Shown here piece by piece: positions 28,901 to 37,425 of a DNA stretch of 39,602 bases. This DNA comes from an archaeon (GTDB taxonomy: Archaea; B1Sed10-29; JAJSAI01), in assembly GCA_024274695.1 (NCBI GenBank), contig JAJSAI010000029.1, positions 1-39,602 on the forward strand. The letters are read 5' to 3'. The position numbers and the translations under genes are program-made. Positions within the stretch are counted from its first letter, which is position 1. Each line of letters starts with the position of its first letter. The notes beneath the pieces were generated by a model. That model saw only the letters and a list, made by a program, of their open reading frames with translations. It was not told the origin of the DNA and did not search any database.

Positions 28901-29410
28901 CAGCTCGCGCAGAGCCTCTTCTTTCTTCTGATCGTACTCTGCTATCCCTGAAATCTCGTCTATGATCTTCCTCCTCTGGAGGGGTGTCATGCGAATGAGC
29001 CGGGTTATCTCCCCTTGCATGATGAGGTTGTGCCCATCGGGCTGTATGTTCATGGAGTACAACAGGTCCTCTATCTTGTGCCTGGTGGTTCTCTTCCCGT
29101 TAAGCCGGAATACAGAATTCCCTTTCTTGTCTATTTCTCTGGTTATTGAGTACTTTTTGTCCCCTTCCCTCAGTTCTATTGTCACGCTCGCGGTGCCAGT
29201 CCTGCTGTGATGGTTCACCAAGTCCGCCAGCCTGTTCGCCCTCAGGGTTTTCATGCTCCCTGTTCCAAGGACAAAAGCAATAGCATCAAGAATGTTGGAC
29301 TTCCCGCTACCGTTAGGCCCTATTATGCACGTGTACCCCTCGCACAGGGGAATGGTAGCACTGCGGAACGACTTGAAGTCCTTCAGCCTTATTTTTTCCA
29401 GCCTGGCCAT
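25937..29410 (-). CDS. smc: Chromosome segregation protein SMC
   Basis: DFKSF, GPNGSGKSN Walker A, MQG Q-loop, long coiled coils, hinge GRATFIPL/VFGDT/SGG, LSGGE, LDEVEAALD, ITH; ATG 29410. Confidence 0.96.
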   Translation of the reverse strand: MARLEKIRLKDFKSFRSATIPLCEGYTCIIGPNGSGKSNILDAIAFVLGTGSMKTLRANRLADLVNHHSRTGTASVTIELREGDKKYSITREIDKKGNSVFRLNGKRTTRHKIEDLLYSMNIQPDGHNLIMQGEITRLIRMTPLQRRKIIDEISGIAEYDQKKEEALRELEKVEEKIREAEIILSERQERLRELKKEKETAEEYSYLQARKKSYLASLVKKELDEVDKVYKKAEERIESRKKLLEKYSRERLETETRIEELKKQIKECETEIFQESSRRQKEAAGKLEALKQRLGGLESELRAIRESEERLERELAREREALASVSEDLAGLEKKIEDYSFQEDDLEREIALLKEDLEKLGVEKTGERIEKLFEEMRKLEEEVDKTREEISSLEKGIGALKERLNLKKALLEEELSPDLSPKEKELEKKRETTRKELEGVTRTLSSLDSRLKGLMDEEKEENKNLMELDKQMHAIRKKVTVLESRVRTYGIANTASRIVSAGLPGVLGTVAGLCQYPKEYERAIETAAGQRLFYIVTRTADDAVNAIRFLKEKGLGRATFIPLDKVRPPRMTKEIQKALKSPESKGLVIDFVRYPKELERAFQFVFGDTVLVKSVSGFKSIGIGTVRMVTPDGDLAEPSGIVSGGSRAEGKASARDALELERLREKLARMEEEKEKIINSLRDIREKMSRIREEKAAAEVKKKSAEAVLRELEAGLKDLEKDTEKILRKRDAVKKEIEGMEKALQEKSSLLREKSSKLEELLSKKAVLVSEIDRITSDESQKKAAEIREKINSLEEELARTRLSKKEAMTRLDHALKREHSRISGRIRQLQEELERARAREKEKEEERNKLLVQIKDAEEEVRKLAGSVTELFKKKSELEKELERLSEKIKRISRNAEKVKEEIKEAEIERARRETRRKDLEREWERLKDAELIKGSELELRKGLETVESQLEKLGHVNLKAIEMYDKESKEVSEIKEKKKKLETEKEAILKLMQEIETKKASAFMQAFNAVNTFFEKYFSEFYPEAKGKACLKLDNPDNPLESGLIIEANPKGVKMRNIDALSGGEKTITALAFIFAIQAYNPSPFYVLDEVEAALDAPNSERVARMFKKFSEKIQLIIITHNSAVTRYADQIIGVHMSKDKSSFVEVNLKELATA

Positions 29411-29435
29411 CCAGTGTTCTTTTATCTCTGAGCAC

Positions 29436-29443
29436 AATTTAAA
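29436..29443 (-). promoter_or_regulatory. TATA box of smc
   Basis: TTTAAATT on the minus strand about 25 nt upstream of ATG 29410. Confidence 0.5.
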
Positions 29444-29512
29444 CGTTCCTCCGCCTTTCCCGCCCCAGAGGACGCGAGAGAGTACACCCTTTTCTTGGTT
29501 TTGTCCGGTTGG

Positions 29513-29527
29513 AAAAAGAATTTATAT
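29513..29527 (+). promoter_or_regulatory. BRE/TATA of the S8 protease gene
   Basis: AAAAAGAA-TTTATAT, 22 nt upstream of ATG 29550 (leaderless geometry). Confidence 0.6.
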
Positions 29528-29549
29528 GCTGCGAAAGATCAATAGAATC

Positions 29550-32500
29550 ATGAGGACTGGCATCCTGTTACTTCTTGTGCTCCTGCCTGCAGTAATATCT
29601 GCCTCGGCTTCTGATGCACCTCAGACTTCAAGAGGATACATTGTTGTATACTCCGGGAAAACATATTCTTCCGGAGCCCTTTCTTCCGCAGGCCTTGTTC
29701 CAGTCTACCATTTTAGGGTTATCAATGCAGACTATGTGATTCCTTCTAAGGCGGGAACAGCAGCAGTGGCAGTGCTGGAAAAATCTCCTGAGGTACGCAT
29801 GATAGTCCCGGACTATTACATCCAAGCGGTGCCGCCTGCAGACACGCAGGAAAGAATCTTTGAGAACTTAAACGAGTCAGTAGCCCAAATAGGCGCTGTG
29901 AACGTTCAATACCAGGGAACCGTTCTGAGCGGGAAAGGCGTAAAAGTTGCGGTAATCGACACTGGAATAAACTATTCCCACGCTGACCTGGGAAACTGTA
30001 CTACCACAGAGTTCCTGGCAGGTAATTGTTCAAAGGTGGTGGGAGGGTACGATTTTGTTAACGGGGACAGCGACCCTATGGATGACAACGGTCATGGGAC
30101 GCACTGCGCGGGAATAATCGCGGCTAACGGAAGCATAAGAGGTGTAGCGCCCAACGCCACGCTGATAGCGATCAAGGTGCTGAACTCGCAGGGAGGAGGG
30201 TACATTTCAGACCTGCTCAAGGGAATTGACTACGCGTACCAGGAGGGTGCTGACGTTGTTAGCATGAGTTTAGGATGGAATACTCTGCCGAAGGATGCTC
30301 AGGATGTTCTGTCCCTTGCAGTGGAAGGGTTATACAAGCACGACGTGACTCCTGTCGTGGCTGCTGGTAATGATGGGAGCATAGGGTCTGCTCACGGGCC
30401 TGCAATGGGCCTGCATGCGATAACAGTAGGTGCCGTAGACTCCTCTAACGGGCTGGCGAGCTTCTCAAGCAGGGGCCCTGACGGGTATGGCACTCCCTAT
30501 ATTGATGTTCTCGCGCCAGGCGTTAGTATTAACTCCACCTGGATAAACGGGGGGTATACTGAACTCAGCGGTACCAGCATGGCGGCACCCCATGTTGCGG
30601 GGGCAGCAGCTCTTATGAAAGAGGCTGGAAAAGACCCCTTCAAGCTTGTCTGGAGCGCCACGGACCTAGGATACTCTCCGGTGCAGCAGGGCCACGGTCT
30701 CGTGAACGTCTCCAGAGCCCTAGAGTATAACCTCTCTTATCCCATCAGCGTGAGACTTGAGGTAAAGAACACTACAGGCAACAGTACAACAACTCTGGTC
30801 ATAGAGAACGACGGGCCAGACCAAGTTTCCGTGAACCTGTCGGCCTCAGACTTTACAAGGATAGAAGGGGAGTCCTGCTCTCCAGCCGTCATCTCATCTG
30901 GAAACTTTAGCCTTTCGTCCTCTTCTGACGTGATCCAAGGGCGTTCATCAATGTCATTCAACCTGACCGTGAACCTTTCTAGTCCTGTCCCGCCAGGATA
31001 CTACCAGGGTTTCATTATAGTGAATTCGAGCGGGTACCCCTCACATAAGATCCCTGCGATCCTGGTGGTCGAAGAGGGCGGCGGGACAACACTCTTGAAC
31101 ACCACAACCTGCTTTTCCAGGGGATTCGCTGCTCCCTCGTACCAAGGGGACTCTGCATTCTTCAAGTTCAGCCTGGACGAAGGATCGGGTAACGGGCGGA
31201 GCCTGTACATTAACGTGTCCTGGTCAGGCACTGGAAGCGATTTTGACTTTTACCTCACCAACCTTGACACTCATGAGTTGTGGGTGGCCAACGCGGACAG
31301 CAGTACCACGACTTCTGAGGCGGGCTGGATAACTGACCCAAAACCTGGAGAGTATGTTCTGGAAGTAAGGGCATATTCTCTGGACGTTCAACCGAAGTCG
31401 GTGAGCGTGCTTGTTCAAAGGCCTTTGTCCTCAGGCCTTTCGTTAAGGGTCCAAGATCAGAACTCTCTTGACTTCGGGTACGTAGACTCTTCGGAGGGAG
31501 TGTCCGAACTGAACCTTACCCTCTCTGATCTGACAGGAACAGAATACCACAACATCACTCTGAGTGTGCTTCCGGCAGAAGAACTTTGGTCAGGAGAACA
31601 GGTTAGTGTGGTATCCTGTAACGAGACAGCGTTCACGTTAGGACCCGGAGGACAGCGGAACATAACTTGCATCTTGAACATCACAGGAACCAGTGTTTCT
31701 CCAGGATACTATTTCGGAAAGATTAACGTCACGTCCAACGCCACTTCAGACCTTGTGGAGCAGTACTTCTTCGTGGTCGGGATAGGGACCTTGGGCAGGT
31801 TTCCCGTCCAGGCCACTTTTCCTGTGAACGCAAGCATACTCCCTCCCTGTGGAGGGGATGTGGACGGAGACGGTGTTGAAGACGCATCTTCGATATCAGC
31901 AAGATGGCACTACTACAGGGTGAAAGGGAATAGGTCAAACGTGTGCGGAGTAAGATACCGGGTGGCCTGGGGAAACAGTAACAATGAACTGGCGTGCTAT
32001 ACTGAGTCTTCAAGTCTTGAGAACGGGTTTTTCTTCAACACCAACGATTTTGACACTGCTGTTCTCTCGGGCACGACGGATAGCGTCACGCTGGGAGTGC
32101 ACAGGATAGGTGTGTGTCTGAACGAGAAAACCTCATACTACTATGATAGCTACAACATTTCCCTTAGCCTAGTTTACGCGACGCATATCGCGTTCGTGCC
32201 TGACGACACGAAAACTTACTACAGGTATAATGAGTCCGTGAACTATTCTGTTTACTCGTACGACGAGAACAACCTTGGAAGAAACTTTACTGCTGACGTA
32301 AGGGTGTATCAGCCTGGAGGGAGGTACACCTACCTGCACCAAAACTTGAGTGTCAACACGAGCTTTAACGACAGTTTTGTCTACGGGAACAATTACGTCG
32401 TAGATCTCCTCCTCGAAGTGGACTCCAATGACTCCTGCGGGACGAACAGGATCCTGTACATTCAGAGCCTGGGGAGCATTAACGTGACCACCGACAAGAC

Positions 32501-34901
32501 AAGTTACGTGAACAACGAGACCATGTACTACAATATCACACTCTGGGACAACCGCAGCTTCCCGATGCTGACTAACGAGACCCTGGTCGTAACGTTCATG
32601 AACGAGACGGGGAGCGTGTGGAACCAGACGACTCTGCACGTGACAACATCAGGATCCTTCAACTACTCGTTCCCTGGTAACGCTAGCCCAGGGAACTGGA
32701 CCATCCTAGTTAATGACACGTACTTCGGGATAACGGCGCAGACAACCGTTCATCTTGATGTCTTTTACGGTGTTATTATCAACGCGAGCAATACAAGCGT
32801 GCAGCCGAATTCCACGGTTTTGGTCCCGGTAACCCTCGTGAACAATGGGACAGGGTTGGACACGTTCAATATCTCGTTCTCCCAGTCCCTGGGATGGCAA
32901 GCGACCTTGACCCAAAACCAGCTGACCCTGGCAGGAGGGGAGGCGGGCACGGTGTACTTGAATGTTAGCGTGCCCTTCGAGTACGCGGGGACAGTGAACA
33001 ATATTACCGTGAACGTAACAGGTCAGCACAGCCAATCCTCTGCCGGGTTCACGCTTAATGTGAGCAGGGTCGTTGGGGTCGCGAAGTACTTTGACAACAC
33101 GTCAGTCTTCAACTTCTCTCTTCCAGACGTGCTCACACTACAGATGAAGATAAGGAACACGGGGAACGTGAACGCGACGTACAATCTTTCCGCGAGCTAT
33201 CCTGCGGGATGGAACGTTACGTTCAACCAGACTCTCGTGCAGGTGCCCTGGCAGGATGCGAGGAACGTTACCTTTAACGTCAGCATCCCCGCCAACGCTA
33301 CCGGAGAGACTAACATAAGCTTCAGCGCGGTTATGGTTAACGAGACAGGGTGGACGGAGCCCGCGGCGGTGATAACTTTTACGGTGCCAGAAATAAGCCT
33401 GACCGCCTCTGCCCCTCCTGTTACGAGCGAGTACTACTACGTCAACCAGACTACAGGGGACAGGATGGTCAGACTCCCTGCGTTCACGGCCTCCGATCCT
33501 GCGGACGGCGTGCTTAACGGGAGCCTCGCGCTCGGAAACTGTACTGTTTTAGGAAGGGTCTTCAGCTTATACTCCAACGGGACAGGATTCTGGTGCGAAA
33601 TGAACGTTTCAAACCTGACTGGCACAAGTTACAGTGTAACGATCAGCATGCGTGATTCCAGGAACCACACGGGGTCAAAGCAAGTGAATGTTATCGTTCC
33701 TCAGAACCTTTCATTCAACGCCAGACTCTCCTCTTCCTCTGTAGTGAAGGGGAACAACTTCTACGTTTACGGGAACGCCTCGTATGATTCTAGCACTCCG
33801 GCGCAGGGCACCGTGTACGTGACGGTGGGGAACAACAACTGCAACTCTGCCCTCTCGCCGCAGTCCGGTTACTCCAGCTTTGCGGTGCTGTGCCAGGCTC
33901 CAGCGTCCGCAGGGAACTATCTTGTGAGCGTGTCGTACACCGGAGTTTGGGGTCTTTCGGGGTCCAGGTTCCTGAACCTTAGTGTCACAGAGCCGCCTTC
34001 AACAACAGAATCCAGCCTCGGCGGGGGCGGCGGAGGCGGCGGGGCCGTGATAACGTCAGGAGGAGAACAGCAGGCGCCCGAGGAAACAGAAGAGCCCGTG
34101 TCCGCATCTCCTGAAATAAAACAGGCTGCTGTCACGCGGGATGGGTGGATAAGCGTGGTTCTTGACAATCCGCAGGACAGGGGACTGAACGTCAGCGTGA
34201 GCGTAAAGGAGGAGGGGGAAGTCCTGCACTTCAAGATCCCCGAAAATATCAGTATCACCCTTGAGCCTAATGCCAGCAAGCCCTTGAGAATACCTCTTGA
34301 GCCGTTGAAGTACGCGGTTCCAGGAGAGTACACTCTTAAGATCCTTGTCGGGGACAGGGCTGTCACCGTTAAGGCCCGTGTCCCTGCTCCCAAGATTGAT
34401 CCCACCAGGGTGAACGTGTTCAAGTACGTTGAACCCTCCAAGAACAGGACTCGGGTGATACTGAACGTTTACAATCCCCTTAACATCACGCGCCAGGTGA
34501 ACGTTACAGAGACGATCCCGAAACAGGCTGCAGAGTCAGTTGAACAGGTGGACTTCGACACTCCTCCTGCCAGGGTGATAGAACGCGATCCCGTGGTGCT
34601 CTGGACGCTTAACGTGTCTCCAGGAGAATCTGTGTCACTGGGTTACACCGTGAACAAGAAGGTTCTTGGGGATGAGTTCAGCGACCCCCTCGTGGAGGAA
34701 GCGCCTGTGGAAAAAGAGCAGAAGAAGACTGTGCAGGGGATTTCAGCTGTGGTAGCTCCTTCTCCTGAAGGAGGAGGGGATCTTGCGCTGGTGGTACTGG
34801 TGGCAGGAGCTGTCGCGGGCGTGGTCCTCCTGGTGTTCTGGAGGAGGGACGACCTCCTCTTGGCAGCAGAGGAATTCAGGGAAAGGATTCGCAGGAAGTG
34901 A
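29550..34901 (+). CDS. Large secreted, membrane-anchored S8 (subtilisin-like) serine protease / surface glycoprotein
   Basis: Signal peptide MRTGILLLLVLLPAVISASA; triad VIDTG, HGTHCAG, GTSMAAPHVAG; many beta-rich Ig-like repeats with N-x-S/T sequons; poly-Gly linker; C-terminal TM helix followed by RR. The track start 29253 overlaps smc and was rejected. Confidence 0.92.
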   Translation: MRTGILLLLVLLPAVISASASDAPQTSRGYIVVYSGKTYSSGALSSAGLVPVYHFRVINADYVIPSKAGTAAVAVLEKSPEVRMIVPDYYIQAVPPADTQERIFENLNESVAQIGAVNVQYQGTVLSGKGVKVAVIDTGINYSHADLGNCTTTEFLAGNCSKVVGGYDFVNGDSDPMDDNGHGTHCAGIIAANGSIRGVAPNATLIAIKVLNSQGGGYISDLLKGIDYAYQEGADVVSMSLGWNTLPKDAQDVLSLAVEGLYKHDVTPVVAAGNDGSIGSAHGPAMGLHAITVGAVDSSNGLASFSSRGPDGYGTPYIDVLAPGVSINSTWINGGYTELSGTSMAAPHVAGAAALMKEAGKDPFKLVWSATDLGYSPVQQGHGLVNVSRALEYNLSYPISVRLEVKNTTGNSTTTLVIENDGPDQVSVNLSASDFTRIEGESCSPAVISSGNFSLSSSSDVIQGRSSMSFNLTVNLSSPVPPGYYQGFIIVNSSGYPSHKIPAILVVEEGGGTTLLNTTTCFSRGFAAPSYQGDSAFFKFSLDEGSGNGRSLYINVSWSGTGSDFDFYLTNLDTHELWVANADSSTTTSEAGWITDPKPGEYVLEVRAYSLDVQPKSVSVLVQRPLSSGLSLRVQDQNSLDFGYVDSSEGVSELNLTLSDLTGTEYHNITLSVLPAEELWSGEQVSVVSCNETAFTLGPGGQRNITCILNITGTSVSPGYYFGKINVTSNATSDLVEQYFFVVGIGTLGRFPVQATFPVNASILPPCGGDVDGDGVEDASSISARWHYYRVKGNRSNVCGVRYRVAWGNSNNELACYTESSSLENGFFFNTNDFDTAVLSGTTDSVTLGVHRIGVCLNEKTSYYYDSYNISLSLVYATHIAFVPDDTKTYYRYNESVNYSVYSYDENNLGRNFTADVRVYQPGGRYTYLHQNLSVNTSFNDSFVYGNNYVVDLLLEVDSNDSCGTNRILYIQSLGSINVTTDKTSYVNNETMYYNITLWDNRSFPMLTNETLVVTFMNETGSVWNQTTLHVTTSGSFNYSFPGNASPGNWTILVNDTYFGITAQTTVHLDVFYGVIINASNTSVQPNSTVLVPVTLVNNGTGLDTFNISFSQSLGWQATLTQNQLTLAGGEAGTVYLNVSVPFEYAGTVNNITVNVTGQHSQSSAGFTLNVSRVVGVAKYFDNTSVFNFSLPDVLTLQMKIRNTGNVNATYNLSASYPAGWNVTFNQTLVQVPWQDARNVTFNVSIPANATGETNISFSAVMVNETGWTEPAAVITFTVPEISLTASAPPVTSEYYYVNQTTGDRMVRLPAFTASDPADGVLNGSLALGNCTVLGRVFSLYSNGTGFWCEMNVSNLTGTSYSVTISMRDSRNHTGSKQVNVIVPQNLSFNARLSSSSVVKGNNFYVYGNASYDSSTPAQGTVYVTVGNNNCNSALSPQSGYSSFAVLCQAPASAGNYLVSVSYTGVWGLSGSRFLNLSVTEPPSTTESSLGGGGGGGGAVITSGGEQQAPEETEEPVSASPEIKQAAVTRDGWISVVLDNPQDRGLNVSVSVKEEGEVLHFKIPENISITLEPNASKPLRIPLEPLKYAVPGEYTLKILVGDRAVTVKARVPAPKIDPTRVNVFKYVEPSKNRTRVILNVYNPLNITRQVNVTETIPKQAAESVEQVDFDTPPARVIERDPVVLWTLNVSPGESVSLGYTVNKKVLGDEFSDPLVEEAPVEKEQKKTVQGISAVVAPSPEGGGDLALVVLVAGAVAGVVLLVFWRRDDLLLAAEEFRERIRRK

Positions 34902-34915
34902 AAAAAGGAGAGGGA

Positions 34916-36580
34916 TCACCACCCCCTCAGCCTGTAGAACTCTTCTTTTATTCGTTCAAACTCTTCCTCTGTCAGCCGATGGCCCTCCACGCCGGGGTCT
35001 TGTGATAGTATTCTCTCGGTGAACGTCTCCTTTTCTTTTTCCATCCCCCTGAGGAGGCTTATTTCCCTTTCCTTTTCAAGAGTGGAGTCGGCAATCCTGC
35101 GGATGCTGCTGCTCGTGTACTTTTTCCCGAGGATTCTGGACAGCGCCTGGGCGGCGAGCGCCTCAAGGCCTTCAGCGTCCCTGACGAACCGGCAGATGCA
35201 CAGCACGTCAGGGATCGTGTTATCAACCATTATCCTGTTAGCTCTCCTTGCAACCTCTTTAGGCGAGAACCTTTTCTTGCCTGCTTTAATGTCCGCGGCT
35301 ACAGTCCACGCGTTTAGGTGGCTTCCCTTTTTAGAGCCGAGCGCGTACGAGATAAGCATTCCGGGCACGCTCCGGGGATCGTATGCCGCGAGCTCCACCC
35401 CGTACGCGTGCACCGCGAACTCTTTTCCACCGTACTTTTCTGAGGCTCCAAGCACTCCTTCTGCAAGATCATCTCCTATTCCTTCCCGTCTGCCTATCAT
35501 TTTTATGAGTTCTGTTATCTGGGACGCGGAGTTGAAGTCGTACGGTACGATGCCCTTTTCTGACGCTTCCTTGAGCCACGCGAGCACGACCCCTGTAGAG
35601 ATCGTGTCAAGCCCGTACTCGTCGCAGAGGGCGTTGGCATCAATTATGATCTTGGGGTCGTAGTTTTCAAGGTTTGCTCCGAAGGACCATGCTGTCTCGT
35701 ACTCGGGCCCGTCCCTCACTTCCTTCCAGCTTGTTTCAAAGTCCCTCGCGCACTGCACGGGGCAGAGCATGCACCCTCCCCGGCCCTTCACCAGTGGCTT
35801 GAAGCCCCTGAAGTCTATCCTGGCAAGCTTTTCGTCTGGAAGATGGTTTTCTCTGTAGTTGTTCACAGGATAACATTTTCCTGGGTTCACTAGGTCTGTT
35901 GTGTCAAGGGTTCCCACTTCTCCCCAGGGGATCATGCTCTTCAGGCTTTCCATCGCCTTGGGTATTATCTCCCTAACCTCTTCTTCTCCTGGGATGGGCT
36001 GGTTTCCGCTGACAGCAATGGCCTTAAGTTTCTTGTAGCCGAGGACGCTTCCGAGGCCGGTTCTGGCAGCGCTTCTCTCGTCCATCTGTATTCCCGCGAA
36101 CTTGACGAGCTTCTCTCCAGCAGGCCCTATGCACGCCACAGAAGAGTAGTTTTTGAAGTACTGTCTCACCTTTCCAGTGGTCTTTCCCCACAGGTGTCCT
36201 GCGGAGACTATTTCGGGCACGCCGTCTATGATGGAAAGGTAAACAGGTCTCTTGGCCGCCCCGAAAACGTCAACAGCATCAAAACCTGCTTTTCTGAGGG
36301 CTATCGCGAACTTGCCTCCGGCGTTCGCGAAGGAGTAGAGCCCGTTGGCAGGAGATACTCCCACAACGCACGTTCTGTTCGCGCACGGGAAGACTCCCAC
36401 GAGCGGGCTTGTCATGAAGAGCAAGTGCGCCTCCTCTGAAAGAGGAGGATAGTCAGGGTCAGTTTCTAGAAGGAGGTGGGATCCTAAGGACCTTCCGCCA
36501 ACATGCTTTTCCACGGTCTTCTTAGGAATATCCTCTGCCCATGCCTCCTGTGATGTCAGGTCTACCTTCAGCAACCGCAT
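34916..36580 (-). CDS. Aldehyde:ferredoxin oxidoreductase family (W/Mo-pterin) protein
   Basis: LLKVDL, VGGRSLG, SPANG, AGGKFA..LRKAGFD, CIGPAGE, RTGLGSVLGYKKLKAIAV, CMLCPVQC, PEYET, DEYGLDTIS, LCICRF. Confidence 0.9.
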   Translation of the reverse strand: MRLLKVDLTSQEAWAEDIPKKTVEKHVGGRSLGSHLLLETDPDYPPLSEEAHLLFMTSPLVGVFPCANRTCVVGVSPANGLYSFANAGGKFAIALRKAGFDAVDVFGAAKRPVYLSIIDGVPEIVSAGHLWGKTTGKVRQYFKNYSSVACIGPAGEKLVKFAGIQMDERSAARTGLGSVLGYKKLKAIAVSGNQPIPGEEEVREIIPKAMESLKSMIPWGEVGTLDTTDLVNPGKCYPVNNYRENHLPDEKLARIDFRGFKPLVKGRGGCMLCPVQCARDFETSWKEVRDGPEYETAWSFGANLENYDPKIIIDANALCDEYGLDTISTGVVLAWLKEASEKGIVPYDFNSASQITELIKMIGRREGIGDDLAEGVLGASEKYGGKEFAVHAYGVELAAYDPRSVPGMLISYALGSKKGSHLNAWTVAADIKAGKKRFSPKEVARRANRIMVDNTIPDVLCICRFVRDAEGLEALAAQALSRILGKKYTSSSIRRIADSTLEKEREISLLRGMEKEKETFTERILSQDPGVEGHRLTEEEFERIKEEFYRLRGW

Positions 36581-36620
36581 GGTCTTTATAGAGTTGCTTG
36601 ATGGTTAAAAAGGTGATCCC

Positions 36621-36953
36621 TCACTTGAGGTACCCGTGTTTTTTCAGGTAGGTGTCAAGAAGTTCCTTGTTGAAGCCTATTACTATGTCTCCATCAATGT
36701 CTATCACGGGCACTCCTGTCTGCCCTGACTTGGCTATCATTTCCATTGCCCTGTCGTGGTCTTGGTCCACGAGCACGTCCTCGTACTTTATGCCTAGGGA
36801 GTTGAGATAGTTTTTCACCATGGCACAGTACGGGCAGCTTATGGTAGAATAAACTATTATGCTCATTTTAACACCCTCTTTTTTTACTTTCTTGCTGGAT
36901 TTAAAGATTAGCTGTTCCATTTTCCTGAGTCTTATTAGGTCCAGCTCGTCCAT
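36621..36953 (-). CDS. Glutaredoxin-like protein (YruB/NrdH type)
   Basis: YSTISCPYC, SGQTGVPVI, IGFN; N-terminal DELDLIRLRKMEQL helix. Confidence 0.9.
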   Translation of the reverse strand: MDELDLIRLRKMEQLIFKSSKKVKKEGVKMSIIVYSTISCPYCAMVKNYLNSLGIKYEDVLVDQDHDRAMEMIAKSGQTGVPVIDIDGDIVIGFNKELLDTYLKKHGYLK

Positions 36954-36973
36954 ACTCTCTCATCAAACAACAG

Positions 36974-36983
36974 AATATAAAAA
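36974..36983 (-). promoter_or_regulatory. TATA box of the glutaredoxin gene
   Basis: TTTTTATATT on the minus strand about 20 nt upstream of ATG 36953. Confidence 0.6.
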
Positions 36984-36993
36984 GTTATGCTTA

Positions 36994-37016
36994 GTTGTGA
37001 ACAAACTATTCACAAC
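36994..37016. promoter_or_regulatory. Perfect inverted repeat GTTGTGAA-N7-TTCACAAC (candidate operator)
   Basis: 8-bp arms at 36994-37001 and 37009-37016, 10 nt upstream of the grx TATA box. Confidence 0.6.
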
Positions 37017-37018
37017 AT

Positions 37019-37375
37019 TTATAGGGTGCTTATGAGCTTGGTTATGCTGGAGTACCACTCGTGCGCGTTCTTCTTGAGTTTTTCTTTTAGTTTTGGGACA
37101 GGGAGCGCTTCGTACACGTACTGATACCCCCTTGTTTTTCCTGGGACCGTTTTCCTAAACACCACCCCCGCGTCCACGAGAGTCTTCAGACTCTTTTGGA
37201 CGGTGCTCCTCTCTTTTTTGTACGCTCTAGAGAGTTCTGCGACTGTCCGGGGTTTTTTCAGCAGAGCATAGTACAATTCTGCCTCGAGCGGTCCGATGCC
37301 CAGAAGACACTGTAGCACGTCCTTCTTGGAGAGGTTTCCTGATTCTCTGAAAAGGCAGACGTCAGAAGCCCGCAT
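37019..37375 (-). CDS. HTH transcriptional regulator (COG3355/TrmB-like)
   Basis: QCLLGIGPLEAELYYALL...TVAELSR..KKERSTVQKSLKTLVDAGVV...GYQYVY...EWY; TTATATA about 24 nt before ATG 37375. Confidence 0.85.
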   Translation of the reverse strand: MRASDVCLFRESGNLSKKDVLQCLLGIGPLEAELYYALLKKPRTVAELSRAYKKERSTVQKSLKTLVDAGVVFRKTVPGKTRGYQYVYEALPVPKLKEKLKKNAHEWYSSITKLISTL

Positions 37376-37425
37376 GTTACCTGGTAGTAGACACATAGTA
37401 TATAACACTTGCCTTCAGCAACACA

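Noticed and set aside
29253-29549. N-terminal extension of the S8 ORF given in the track
   Set aside because: It overlaps smc on the opposite strand; the TATA box and signal peptide point to ATG 29550.
34020-34043. GGC/GGG-rich low-complexity run
   Set aside because: It encodes the poly-Gly linker of the S8 protein and is not an independent repeat element.
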